64,000 bases of DNA. Origin: Squalus acanthias (taxonomy: Eukaryota). The notes under the pieces were generated by a model. The model had not been told where the DNA came from. It did no database searches and saw only the letters and a list, made by a program, of their open reading frames with translations. Positions 12,446 through 24,590 of this stretch are shown in pieces; the stretch's first letter is position 1; each line of letters starts with the position of its first letter. The position numbers and the translations under genes were made by a program. The stretch spans positions 92,010,001 through 92,074,000 of the forward strand of contig CM059432.1 in NCBI GenBank assembly GCA_030390025.1, read 5' to 3'.

Positions 12446-13688
12446 ACTTTGCCAGGATATCGGGCATCCCCATGGTGCAGGGTGCCATCGACTGGACACA
12501 TGTGGCTTTGTGGGCGCCGCATGTCAATGCTGAGATGTACTGTAACCGCAAAGGCTACCAGTCACTTAATGTGCATTTGGTGTGTGACCACACCCAGCAG
12601 CAGTCATGATGCCTTCATCCTGCGCCAGTCCACTGTGCCAGCAATCTTCCACCACCATGTCAAACCTGAGGGTGGCTGCTCGGAGACCAGGGCTATCTGC
12701 TCTACAACTCGTTGATGACACCCCTCCGCAACTCCACCACTCGTGGCCATATAATGACAGCCATGCTACCGCGAGGAACGCCATTGAGCAGAACATTGGG
12801 GTGCTCAAGCAACGTTTCCGCTGCCTTGACCGCTTGGGAGGAGCACTCCAGTACTCACCGGAGTGGGTGCCCTATTTCGTGGTGGTCTGCTGCATCCTCC
12901 ACAACTTGGCCATCATGACAGCGCAGCCCTTGCCACCACGGGTTCTGGGACCACCTCAGGAGGAGGAGGAGGAGGAGGAGGAGGAGGAAGGGATGAGGCA
13001 GCCTGCAAATCCCTGTTCCAGAAGGACTGTCCATGAGCGCATCATTAGACTCCAGTTCCCCAGAATGAAACCCCAGATCCCAGTTGCTCAACATTTCCCC
13101 ACCTTACCATCCTTATGTCACAGAACATCACAGCGTGCTCCTGGCCACAAAGCTGAACTGAAAGCCAACACAAAACAAACATTCCAAACAATAATTTATA
13201 AATGATTAATTCCAATATTACATTACAAAGTCAACTAATCACCCTTGTGCATTCCCTTAGTGTCTGTCTTTTGTGTGCCTTTGCCTATTCTAGTGCTCCT
13301 ACAAAGTGTTACCTCAGTGGCTGCAGCATGGCTGGTGGAAGGCTGCTGACATTCCGTGGGGAACACTGCAAATGGCCTTGCGGGACGACCTCGAGCAGTT
13401 CTGGGCCTAGAAGGCCCGGCTGTAGACTGCACCAACTTGGCATGGGTGGCAGGAGTCTGGGCTGGCTGGATAACAGGCAACTGCAATGGCACTGGCGGAG
13501 TGGCAGTGGTGGAAGTATGAATGCTGTCATCCTCAGAGAGGACAGCAGGTTCCTGCTCCATGGAGCCACTGACACTCTCCCGCAGCGGCACCTCAGCATT
13601 TGTAGCCATCTGTTGGAGGACAGATTGCTGGACTGTTGTGACACTCTGCAAGCCCCTTGCCACACTCGTAAACCCAACCACAATGGTA

Positions 13689-13793
13689 GCAGTCTGAGTT
13701 TACATGGCAGCAAGCTGAGCCTGCATGAGAGCAGTCTGAGCTTGCATAACAGCAAGCTGAGCCTGAATGACAGAAGTCTGAGCTTTCACTGCA
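13689..13793. repeat. About five copies of a 21-bp tandem repeat encoding coiled-coil-like heptads
   Basis: GCA(GT/AG)CTGAGc..gCAtgaCA-like units; minus strand reads AVKAQTS VIQAQLA VMQAQTA LMQAQLA. Confidence 0.8.
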
Positions 13794-14749
13794 GCATTCA
13801 GACACTGGGTCGCTTCCGCTTGTGCTGCAATGGAAGCTGCGAGATGGCCTCTCACAGCCAACATCATGGTTGGGTCCACGAGTGCTCTAATGGAGTTGCC
13901 GATCACTTCCATGCTGGCAATCATGGGCTCCAAGCTCTGCGCAAAGCCCCGTGCAAAGTTAGAGCCGGACTCCTCAATGCTCCTTGACACTGACAAGAGG
14001 CTCTCTGGCAGGCCTGCCATTGCACCCAGCATTTCTGCGTGCATGCCCATTACCCTTCTTCTGAAGGCCGCCCCATCGATGTCCTCATCTGAGTTCTCTG
14101 CAGCCGAACTCGTGTGGGACCTCGCCCTCCAGGGAGCTGGCACCTGCGCTACCCTTTCACCCTGGCTTGGCTGCAGCCCACTCATGCCCGGTGACTTATC
14201 ATATTTAGATCCCGCCTCTATACTACCCTCAAAGTTCGTGCAGTGCCATTTCTGAGCTAGTGCCTGGGAGTGTCAGATCGAGTGACCTTGTCTCATTTTC
14301 TCCATCACTCTCCTCCTTTACTTCTTCCTGCACTGGCTGGGCCGGTTGGAGTTCTTGGGTATCTGTAAGGAGAAAGGCACAAGGGTAGGGTTGTAGTGAA
14401 GGGAGGGGGTGGGAAAGCAAGACGTGCATGCTGACACCATCAGCAGCTTGTAAGTGAGAAGAGATTGTGGGATGAGGGGGAAGTGGGATGTGAGAAAAAG
14501 AATTAAGTATGAGCATACCGTCATCAGCAATGCTTTCAGCCTCGCAGATCACCACGGCCTCAGTGACGGCCCCTCCAATTATCTCCAGAACTGCCTCCTC
14601 CAGCTCTATCAGGTTCTGCAGCTGTGCTTGCCCCCCATCTGTTTGCTCCTGCTCACGTTGGTTGTGAGCCACCTTGGCCTGCAAGAGAAAGGGAGGTGTG
14701 TCAGTGAGTGTGGTGCAATGTGCTTAAGTGATACACCTGTCATGGTTGA

Positions 14750-17202
14750 ATATTGATTGGACAAATCAAATTGGCCATGGTAGCCTTGAGGAGGAGTTCA
14801 TAGAGTGCATCCGGGATGGTTTCCTAGAACAGTATGTAATGGAACCAACCAGGGAGCAGGCTATCTTGGATCTGGTACTATGTAATGAGACAGAATTAAT
14901 AAATGATCTCGTAGTAAAGGATCCTCTAGAAAAGAGTGATCATAGCATGGTTGAATTTCAAATTCAGTTGGAGAGTGAGAAAGTTGTATCTCAAACCAGT
15001 GTCCTGATCTTAAACAAAGGCAATTACAGTGGCATGAGGGCAGAACTGGCTAAAGTGGACTGGAAAAATAAATTAAAGGGTAAGACAGTTGAAATGCAGT
15101 GGCGGACATTTAAGGAGATATTTCATAACTCTCAACAAAAATATATTCCAGTGAGAAAGAAAGATTTTAAGAGAAGGGAGCACCATCCGTGGCTAACTAA
15201 GGAAGTAAAGGATGGTATCAAATTGAAAACTTAGGCATACAATGTTGCCAAGATTGGGAGACCAGAGGATTGGGAAATTTTAAAAAACCAGCAAAGGATG
15301 ACTAAAAAAATAATGAGAGAGAAAATGAATTATGAGAGTAAACTGGCAAGAAACATTAAAACAGATAGTATATAAAAAGGAAGAGGGTAGCTAAAGTAAA
15401 CATTGGTCCCTTAGAAGATGAGACTGGGGAATTAATAATGGGGAACGGGGAAATGGCTGAGATTCTGAACAAATATTTTGTATCTGACTTCACTGTAGAA
15501 GACACTAACAACATCCCAATAATGGATAATCAAGGGGCCACAGGGAGGGGGGAACTAAAGACAATCACTATCACTAAGGAAATAGTACTTGGTAAAATAA
15601 TGGGACTAAAAGATGACAAGTCCCCTGGACCAGATGGCCTGCATCCCAGGGTCTTAAAAGAAGTGGCTACAGAGATAGTGGATGCATTGGTTGCAATATA
15701 CCAAAATTCCCTGGACTCTGGAGAGGTCCCAGCGGATTGGAAAACCGCAAATGTAACACCCCTATTTAAGAAAGGAGGGAGACAGAAAGCAGGAAACTAT
15801 AGACCAGTTAGCCTAACATCTGTCATTGGGAAAATGCTGGAGTCCTTCATTAAAGAAGCAGTAGCAGGGCATTTGGAAAATCATAATGCAATCAAGCAGA
15901 GTCAGCATGGTTTTATGAAAGGGAAATCATGTTTAACAAACTTGCTGGAGTTCTTTGAGGAGGTAACGAGCAGGGTGGACAAAGGTGAACCAGTGGATGT
16001 GGTGTATTTGGATTTCCAGAAGGCATTCGATAAGGTGCCACATAAAAGGTTACTGCATAAGATAAGAGCTCACGGAATTGGGGGTAATATATTAGCATGG
16101 ATAGAGAATTGGCTAACTAACAGAAAGCAGAGAGTCGGGATATATGGGTCATTTTTCGGTTGGCACACGGTAACTAGTGGGGTGCCACAGGGATCGGTGC
16201 TGAGGCCTCAACTATTTACAATCTACATTAATGACTTGGATGAAGGGACTGAGTATAATGTAGCCAAGTTTGCGGATGATACAAAGATGGGTGGGAAAGC
16301 AAGTTGTGCAGAGGACTCAAAGAACCTGCAAAGGGATATAGACAGGCTAAGTGAGTGGGCAAACATTTGGCAGATGGAGTATAATGTGGGAAAGTGCGAG
16401 GTTATCCACTTTGGCAGGAAAAATAAAAAAGCAAATTATTATTTAAATGGAGAGAGATTACAAAATGCTGCAGTTCAGAGGGACCTGGGGGTCTTTGTGC
16501 ATGAAACACAAAAAGTTAGCATGCAGTTACAGCAAGTAATCAAAAAGGCAAATGGAATGTTGGCCTTTATTTCAAGGGGGTTGGAGTATAAAAGCAGGAA
16601 AGTCCTGCTACAACTGTACAAGGTATTGGTGAGACCACACCTTGAGTACTGCGTACAGTTTTGGTCTCCTTATTTAAGGAAGGATATACTTGCATTGGAG
16701 GCAGTTCAGAGACGATTCACTAAGTTAATTCCAGAGATGAAGGGGTTGACTTATGAGGAAAGGTTGAGCAGGCTGGGCCTATACTCATTGGAATTTAGAA
16801 GAATGAGAGGTGATCTGATTGAAACATATAAGATACTGAGGGGGCTCGACAGGGTAGATGCAGAGAGGATGTTTCCCCTCGTGGGGAAATCTAGAACACG
16901 GGGGCACAGTTTTAGAATAAAGGGTCGCCCTTTTAGAACTGAGATGAGGAGGAATTTCTTCTTTCAAAGGGTCATAAATCTGTGGAATTCTCTGCCCCAG
17001 AGAGCTGTGGAGGCTGGGTCATTAAATACATTTAAGGTGGAGATAGACAAATTTTTGCAAGATAAGGGAGTGAAGGGTTATGGGGAGCGGGTGGGGAAGT
17101 GGCTTTGAGGCCAAGATCAGCCATGATCTTGAATGGCGGAGCAGGCACGAGGGGCCAAGTGGCCTATTCCTGCTCCTATTTCTTATGTTCTTATGCTCTT
17201 AT
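14750..17202 (+). mobile_element. 5'-truncated CR1 LINE in intron 1 of the Myb gene, with an uninterrupted 556-aa RT/C-terminal ORF (15438-17108)
   Basis: All RT motifs lie in one frame; the EN part is broken by a stop at 15234; (TTCTTATG)n tail. Confidence 0.95.
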
Positions 17203-17940
17203 AGCTGGCATTGTGTGCAAGGTGTGAGATGTGGGTGTGAAGCTTGCAATAGTGATAAGTGTGTGAGGGTGAGGTGGAGCTATGATTGTGAGGTATGACT
17301 GATAGAGATTGTTGGTTAAGGAGTGATGGGAATGTGGTGCATTGAGCAGCGTGTGAGGCTAGTGGTACAGTTGGTGGGATACAGCATTTGATGATACATT
17401 CACTCACCTTGACCACTCGTGTGAGGTCATTAAACTTCTTCCTGCACTGGATCCATATCCTGGGGGAAAGATTGGTGGTACTGACCGCTTCAGCGATCTC
17501 CTCCCACTGCCTTCGAACAGTGTGTCTGGAAGGCCTCCTGCCCCCTGCGGGTAGAGGACGTGTCTCCTCCTATCGACCCCCTGCACCAAGGCCTCCAGTG
17601 CTGCATCCGAGAACTTAGGTGCCCTTTCTCTGCCCTGTTGTGACATTGCTAACTTCCAGCTCCAGTCAGAATGAGGTACTTCTCTCACAAAGCACCTCCC
17701 CTTTAAGAAGTGCAGACAGCCTTTCACTCTGCATGCAACCTTTAAATTTACGATATTGGGCCCCCTGTTGAGCGCTGACACAACCAGCAATGCGTTTAGC
17801 GCTGGGCTCAGCACTTCAATTATGTTAATGAGCAGGTAGCATGTATATCGCGTGCTGCCTGCATTACTTTCAATGGGCGTGGGCAGATCACGCATTGCGA
17901 TACCCGTGCCCGTTTTCGGGCCTTATCCAATTTAGCCCCC

Positions 17941-18085
17941 CTCCCCCTTCAACTTTTGGTCAAGCTTTTGGTCATCCTTCCTAATCTCTCCTTTGTTTTT
18001 GTATCCATTTTCCTTACATCTCTGGGAAGTGCCTTGGGATGTCTTTCTATGTTAAAGGGGCTCCATAAATGACGTAGTTGTTATC
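17941..18085 (+). mobile_element. L2 3' end, right part
   Basis: CAAGCTTTTGGTCA ... AAGTGCCTTGGGATGT ... GTTAAAGGGGCTCCATAAAT. Confidence 0.65.
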
Positions 18086-18611
18086 AAGTTTATAATACTG
18101 CTGTCATAATTTAAAAAAATATTTCTAACCTGTCTGATAATCGAGGATGCATGATCTGAATTCAGTGTTTCTGACTTTAAAATACTAAGAGGGCCAGTCT
18201 CTCTAGTGAAATAAATGTAGCATTCTGTAGTTTATATGACTACATTAGATTATTAACATCACATAGGAATTAAAAGAGTTACTTCTCATTACAAAAGCAG
18301 AATAAATTCGCTACACTAATATATGCAGCTATATTGTTTATAGCCCTTGCAGTATTTTGATAATAGAATTGCTTTTTAAAATATCCCCATGGTATTTAAC
18401 TGACATGGTGTTTTAGTTTAACTGGTATAATATCTCCATGTGGATCAAATGGTAAATATTCCAAAACAAAATGGCTTGCATCTCAGGAGAAATGTGCATT
18501 AGAATAGGTTACCCTGTGCAGCTGGTACAATATTCCATAGCAAACACAGTGCTGGAGATTAAAGAAGAAAAAGTATGAATGCTGGAAATCTGAAATAAAA
18601 ACAATAAATGA

Positions 18612-18740
18612 CCTTTTCTATGTGTGAATTGGCTGCCAGATTTGCCTGCAAAAGGACAGTATTTACACCGCAAAATTAATTAATTGGCTTTGGGACATTC
18701 TGAAACTGTGAAAATACCCTATATAAATGCTAGTTCTTCC
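18612..18740 (+). mobile_element. Decayed DeuSINE 3' remnant
   Basis: AATTGGCTGCC ... TTTGGGACATT ... CTATATAAATGC, colinear with 10560-10680. Confidence 0.5.
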
Positions 18741-19570
18741 TTTTTATTTTATATTTCTGATTATTAAATTTTTTAATTAAATCAGCACCATCTCATGGGA
18801 ACTCGATACCGAGCAACCTCCCTGTCAGTCATCTCTAATTAGAAGGGTCTGTCTCTCCCCAGTGACAGCCTAAAAATTGGAATATATAGGGTACTGAATA
18901 GAAATCTGTGCAATATTGCTTTTGTTTCAATCAGTGAAGTAACCATGTAGTTTCTGAGACAGCAAGTTAACATCCTAAAATGGGAAGTACTTAACAAAAA
19001 TGTGAATGAATCATTGCTAATGCAGTTCTGCCCGAGATGTTGACTTAATCATAGATGTAAAAGTATGAGCTTGGAAGTTATCCTGAGCGATGTTATCAAA
19101 AAATATTTTTTTCCCCAGATTAAAAATATTTTCATAAAAATTCCAACAAAGGTTAATAACAGAAGCCGGTACTACATACTTGAAAACTGGGGAAGAAAAA
19201 TAGGTCTTGAAGATCTTTATCGCTTATAAAGCTTCGAGTAGGCTCAATCCAGATGGGTGAAGGGAGCTCAATCTCGGCCGAAGTGGATTCAAAATCATGA
19301 TGTACTTCATTTGAGTGCGTTATAATATTTAAATTAAGTTATGGCTCTTTTTGGGTGAAAACACCATAGGCTGGTCTATTAACTATAGGCTAAGGATCTA
19401 GTGCTCGGCACTAATGTATTGCAAATCCTGCTAATGGAGCAGAGACAGATTTTCTGGTCTCCTCGTGCCTGGTCTGCTTCTGCACGATCAGAGTTTGAAA
19501 CTGGAAAATACACACACATGCATAAATCAGGGTTCATATCAGCCACATACAATTAACAATAAAAGATTAA

Positions 19571-21468
19571 GGCCGCAAAATTCGGCACCTTAGCACCGGC
19601 AGTTAAGGCCAGTTTGGAAAGAAAAATGGCGTCTGCCTCGCTTCCACCCACTTCTGGTGTGGCCCGCGCTGGAAGTCAGCTTGGTGAGTGCGATGGCGGG
19701 CAGGACGTGCGTGTGCTGGTAGTATGCAGAGTAGGCAGATCGTGATGTGCGTTCAGCTGCGCAAGGGACCCCCCACCCAAGCGCAATTTAAAGGGATACT
19801 TCCAGCTTGCAGGTAAGTTGATTATTTCTCTTGTACTGGTTCTTGCAGAGTTTATATCAATACTGGCTTGCTGGAAGACATTTATAACATTGGCAAAGTG
19901 TGCAGGGAGTGCTGTTGAACGTTGAGAAGGTGTTGGCTGCTACTGGAAGGCCTCTGGCTACACCACTTGCTCCCAGTCATGGGGGCTCTAGTTGCAGTCC
20001 CCCTCGTGCTGCAGCATGACAGGGAGATGGAGCAGAGGCAGCGAAGACAAGCTGCTCGTAGAGGGAGGGGGAGGAGGGCTCTCGGCAGGAGGCCTTACCC
20101 AACTAGGGTCTTCAGGGAGCACTTAATTTACCTGCACCTAAGCCAGGAGCAGTGAGTTCGCCAGCTCCGCTTCACTAAGGACCTGGTCACAGAACTGTGC
20201 TATCGCTTGCAACCAGACCTGCAGCCTCAGGACAGGGCAACAATGACTCTGCCAGTGGCCCTCAAGGTGACAGTGGCCCTGAATCTTTTCACCAATGGAT
20301 CCTTCCACGCTGGAATAGGCGACATAGCTAACATCTCGCAGTTCGTTGTCCATCACTGCATCCGAGAGGTCACAGAGGCTCTGTAGTCCAGGAGAAGGGA
20401 CTTCAAGCAGAAGGAGTGCGCACGTGGCTTTGCCAGGATATCGGGCTTCCCCATGGTGCAGGGCACCATTGACTGCACACCCTTAGCTTTGCGGGTGCCG
20501 CATCGCAATGCTGAGATGTACCATAACTGCAAAGGCTACCACTCACTTAATGTGCAGTTGGTGTGCAACTACGCCCAGCAGCAGTCATGATGCCTTCATC
20601 CTGCGCCAGTCCACTGTGCCAGCAATCTTCTAGCCACCACGTTGAACTCGAGGGTGGCTGCTCAGTGACAAGGGCTATCCGCTCTACACCTGGCTGATGA
20701 CTCCCCTCCGCAACCCCACCACTCATGGCCAGCAATCATATAATGACAGCTATGCCACCACGAGGAACCTCATCGAGTAGACCATCGGGGTGTTCAAGCC
20801 ATGGTTCCGTAACCTTGATTGCTCTGGAGGAGCTCTCCAGTACTCATCATAGTGATGTCCCAATTCGTGGTGGTCTGCTGCATCCTCCACAACTTGGCCA
20901 TCATGAGGGCACAGCCCTTGCCACCATGGGTTCCGCGACCACCTCAGGTGGTGGGATATGGCATTTGAAGATGCATTCATTCACCTTGACCACTTCTTCT
21001 GGCACTGGATCCAGGTCCTGGGGGAAAAACTGGTGGCACTGACCACTTCAGCGATCTCCTCCCACTGCCTTTGAATAATGTGTCTGGAAGGCCTCCTGCA
21101 GGTAGCGGACATGTCTCCTCCTATAGACCCCCTGCACTCATGGCTCCAGTGCTGCATCGGAGAAATGAGGTGCCCTTTCTCTGCCCTGTTGTGACATTGG
21201 TAACTTCCCCTTTGCATAGCTCCAGTCAGAATGAGGTACTTCTTTCACAAAGCACCTCCCCTTTAAGAAGCACAGACAGCCTTTCATTCTGCCGGTAACC
21301 TTTAAATACATAGCAGACTTCCCACGATATTGGGCCCCCTGTTGAGTGCTGAGTCAACCAGCAGCGCTTCAATCATGTTATGATCAGGCAGCATGAAATT
21401 CGCGCGCTGCTTGCATCATGCATTGTGATGCCCGCGCCCACTTTCGGGCCTTATCCAATTTAGTCCCC
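19571..21468 (+). mobile_element. Internally deleted Harbinger copy (1.9 kb) with a TAA target-site duplication
   Basis: TAA|GGCCGCAAAATTCGG ... TCCAATTTAGTCCCC|TAA; decayed transposase ~19979-20947 joined directly to the Myb intron-1/exon-1 region. Confidence 0.92.
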
Positions 21469-21488
21469 TAAGAGCTGTGAGACACAAA

Positions 21489-22008
21489 GGGGAGAATTGT
21501 GTTTGAATGCACTGGAGCCTTGGAGTCTAGATCAGGGAGTGTTCGGTGGGCCAGGAGGGAGGGAGTTCAGGGGGCCTGGGGGAAGTGGGTAAATCGGAGG
21601 GCCTGGAGGTAAGGCTGGAGGGTGATCCAAGGGCCTGGAGGTCAGGGATAGTGAGAGGGAGGTAGATCGGGGGATGGAGGGGCCAGGGCCTGGAGGTTGG
21701 GGATCTTGGGACCAGGAGCACCGGCGGTTGGAATGGTGATGTTTTGGGCTGGTTGTGGCTGAGGCAGCCAGCCTCCAATATTGGAGTGGGGACATGAAGC
21801 AAGTGTTAGACCCCTTATTTACATATACAAAGGGGCTAATGCCTTCTTCAGACTTGGGTAAAGGACGCTTCCTGTTTATCTTTAGCCAATATGGTGGGCG
21901 GCGCACACTGGTTGGAAGTGTGCACATGCTTCCTATCTGCCATTTTGGGGCCTTAGGAGGCCGTGTAGGGCCTGAAAAGCGGGCACTACGCGACCCAATT
22001 TAACCCCC
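21489..22008. mobile_element. Probable Harbinger-type MITE
   Basis: Right end CCCAATTTAACCCCC resembles the local Harbinger TIRs; left end GGGGAGAATTG is weak; G-rich GGGCCTGGAGG repeats inside. Confidence 0.45.
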
Positions 22009-23339
22009 ATCGATTTTACTTTAACTGTGGTTAGTGGTAGACTGGTACCTAACAATTAGTATAATGCAAAAAATTATAATTGCTGTTATATATATATATA
22101 TTATTTTCTAATTTTAAGTAGAAGTGATTCATAAGTTCTTTCTACTTCATGTAGCTCAAGTTACTGTGTTGTGTTTACCATCTGCAGAATAAATAAAATG
22201 TAACTTGGATTTGATGCCTGTTGATCAAACAATCATGGAGCATGACCCTGTTAACTCCAGCACTTAGAACTGTTGGATAAGCAAGTGAGCAGATTATGCC
22301 TCTTGTTCTGAGTGCTCCAAAATATTTCTTCCTGTTGCACTCACTTGATATCCTGACACATGTGCCTGTTGTAAGTCTGTCTATTTCCAACTTGGAACAA
22401 TATACGTTTACAATTCCATCTGTATATTGCCTCTGCAAGATACAGGATATTTCTCCTTTCGAATCTTTATAGATTAACTGATACCTTTTTTGTCTAGATT
22501 TAGTTAACCTGCCATAAAAAACCTGATTGTGCTCAATGTGTACTGCATTCAAATCTGAATCCATGTCACGTTAAAATTGCAAGAGGACAAATAGCATTGA
22601 CAAAAAATATGAGAGCAGACAACATAATTCAAGAGCCAGACAGCAAGAGATCAGGTGCTGAATAAGAATAAGGACACTGAATGACTAAACTGATTTCTAA
22701 CGTGTTCATGCATTTTGTATATAATGTCAAAATATCATCAGGCCTATTAAATATTATTTGTAATAAGAGTCAGCTTCTTTCTGGATTTAACACTGATATA
22801 CTATAGCAACCAACTTAAAGATAAATGGATATTGATTGCATTTAGGTTCTGTAGTTGTAGGCTTGATGTCTTGTAATGAGCATAACAATTAGGATCAGTA
22901 CAATGTATTTGCAGTTCCCATCTCTGGTATATTCAGTCAAATTATTATTCACTCACACTAAACAAATAATTGATGTTGGTGCAAATATTTGGTTAAATTA
23001 AAAAATACAGCAATGTTTAAAAATTCAGCCAAAGTGATGCATATTACAGGAAGCATAGTTTCCTTAACAAGTAAAATTGCAGATTATTTCTTTCTGCTAC
23101 TGTAATCAGAGAAAATGTGAAGTAGATGTACATCAAATTCTATCTAGACAGGAATAATAGATCTTTCTCTGTAACATGTTAGAGATAAGACATAACCAGT
23201 ATAATCCACAAGGGTAATATAGCAGTAAGTTGTATTTTATCAAGACACTGATTTCAGATTTGTATTAATAATATGGTTTATTTTTTAGTCAGGTTAAGGT
23301 TACATTAAAACACTCTATTCACTTATAAAACTAATTTTC

Positions 23340-23930
23340 TTCCATTTTAGATCTGTGCCATCTTCTGGTTTAGCATTTGGGCAGATGACATGCTCCCAGG
23401 CCTCTGACAATACTGTTCTTAAGCCAGCTGCTCAGAAAGGTGCAACGGTGACTCACCTTCTGATTTTCACTTCCTCCACAACCTTATGTCTTCTTGAGGG
23501 CATGACCAAGGCTCGAAGCTCACAGTACCAACTTTTGTCCTGCCACTCCAGTACAAACCAATGTCATCCAATGCACTAAAATCAAAATCCTTGTCCTTGT
23601 CTATAAATCCCACCATGCCTTTGCCCTACCTCATGTCTACAATCTCCTCCAGTTCTATATCGTCTGCTAAATGTTCTGTTCCTGTGACTCAGTCTTCCTT
23701 TGGCTCACCATTGGCAGTAATGCTTTCAGCTGCTGAGGTCCTACTCTTTGGAACTCTGTCCTTAAACCTCTCAACTCTCCATGTTCCCTTCACCTTAAAA
23801 AAAACCTCAAGACCCATCTCTTTGGCCTCTTCTAATTTCTCCCTTTGTGATTCAGCGTCTGTTTTTCTTTACCTTTTATGTGAAGTGCTTCAGGATATTT
23901 CTTGACATTAACAGCACTATATAAATGCAC
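23340..23930 (+). mobile_element. Decayed L2 3' region
   Basis: GCTTTCAGCTGC, CTCTTTGGAACTC, GAAGTGCTTCAGGATA ... GCACTATATAAATGC tail. Confidence 0.6.
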
Positions 23931-23959
23931 AAGGTGAGGTTAAAGGAGAGGGGAAACAG

Positions 23960-24590
23960 CCCCCCTCAACATCAAGGCAGCATTTGACTGTGGCACCAAG
24001 CAGCTCTATCAAAACTAAAGGCAAAGAGGGTCAAAGGGAAAACCCTATAGTGGCTGCAGTCATACAAAGTAAGATGTGGGTGGTTTTTGGAGGCCAATTA
24101 TTGCAACCTCAGGAGTGCCTCAGGGAAATGTCTTTGCCGCCCCACAATCAATATCTTGGGGTCACCATTGACCAGAAGCTTAACTGAACTAGCCACATCA
24201 ACGCCATGTGTTTGTCACTGAAGTTATTATCTACCCCCTCCATCACTGGTGCACTGTGGCAGCATTATGTACGATGTACAGCATGTACTGCAGCAACTCA
24301 GCAAGGTTACTTCAGCAGCATCTCCCTCCCCTGTGGCCTCTACCACTAACAAGAGTAGAAACCTTGATTTCCAAGTTCCCCTTCAAGTTACACACCATCT
24401 TGACTTGGACATACAATGCCATTCCTTCATCATTGTTGGGTCAATATCCTGGAATTCCCGACTAAACACCATCATGGGAGCACCATCACCGCAAGGACTA
24501 CAGCAGATCTTGCAGAAGGCCCATCTCATCAGGGCGACCAGGGATGTGCAATGAATGCAGTTATTGGCTGAATCGCCCACATCCCACAAC
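23960..24590 (+). mobile_element. Decayed family-B LINE 3' part
   Basis: LGVTIDQKLN and LHHWCTVAALCTMY; colinear with 62290-62960. Confidence 0.75.

Larger units (their letters stand above)
10092..13205 (+). pseudogene. Harbinger transposase pseudogene, interrupted by a SINE and an LTR-like insert
   Basis: IRRLRFTKEEVTELC, LNFFASGSFQ, PMVQGAIDWTH, NRKGYQSLNV, RNAIEQNIGVLKQRFRCL, CCILHNLAIM and a poly-Glu stretch. Confidence 0.88.
13235..17646 (-). pseudogene. Harbinger Myb/SANT DNA-binding partner gene, three exons (17646-17408, 14678-14519, 14362-13235), frameshifted
   Basis: MSQQGRERAPKFSDAALEALV...W...WIQCRKKFNDL; splice sites AAG|GTGAGT, TTGCAG|GCC, G|GTATGC and TTACAG|AT give compatible phases. 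Confidence 0.82.
9597..17940 (+). mobile_element. Full-length PIF/Harbinger DNA transposon (about 3.9 kb net) with nested SINE, solo LTR and CR1
   Basis: Termini AGCCGCAAAATTCGG ... TCCAATTTAGCCCCC match the copy at 19571-21468; convergent transposase (+) and Myb/SANT gene (-). Confidence 0.9.

Noticed and set aside
13689..13793. CRISPR-like array
   Set aside because: Contiguous coding tandem repeat without spacers, in a vertebrate context.
15438..17108. Active autonomous RT gene
   Set aside because: 5'-truncated, no ORF1, endonuclease incomplete and broken by a stop.
18560..18610. Penelope-like terminal remnants (also ~24670-24760, ~26600-26630, ~33060-33110)
   Set aside because: Too short and decayed to assign without a repeat library.
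22175..22564. 129-aa minus-strand ORF in unique DNA
   Set aside because: No recognisable motif or convincing splice context; compatible with chance, though a BLAST search would be cheap.
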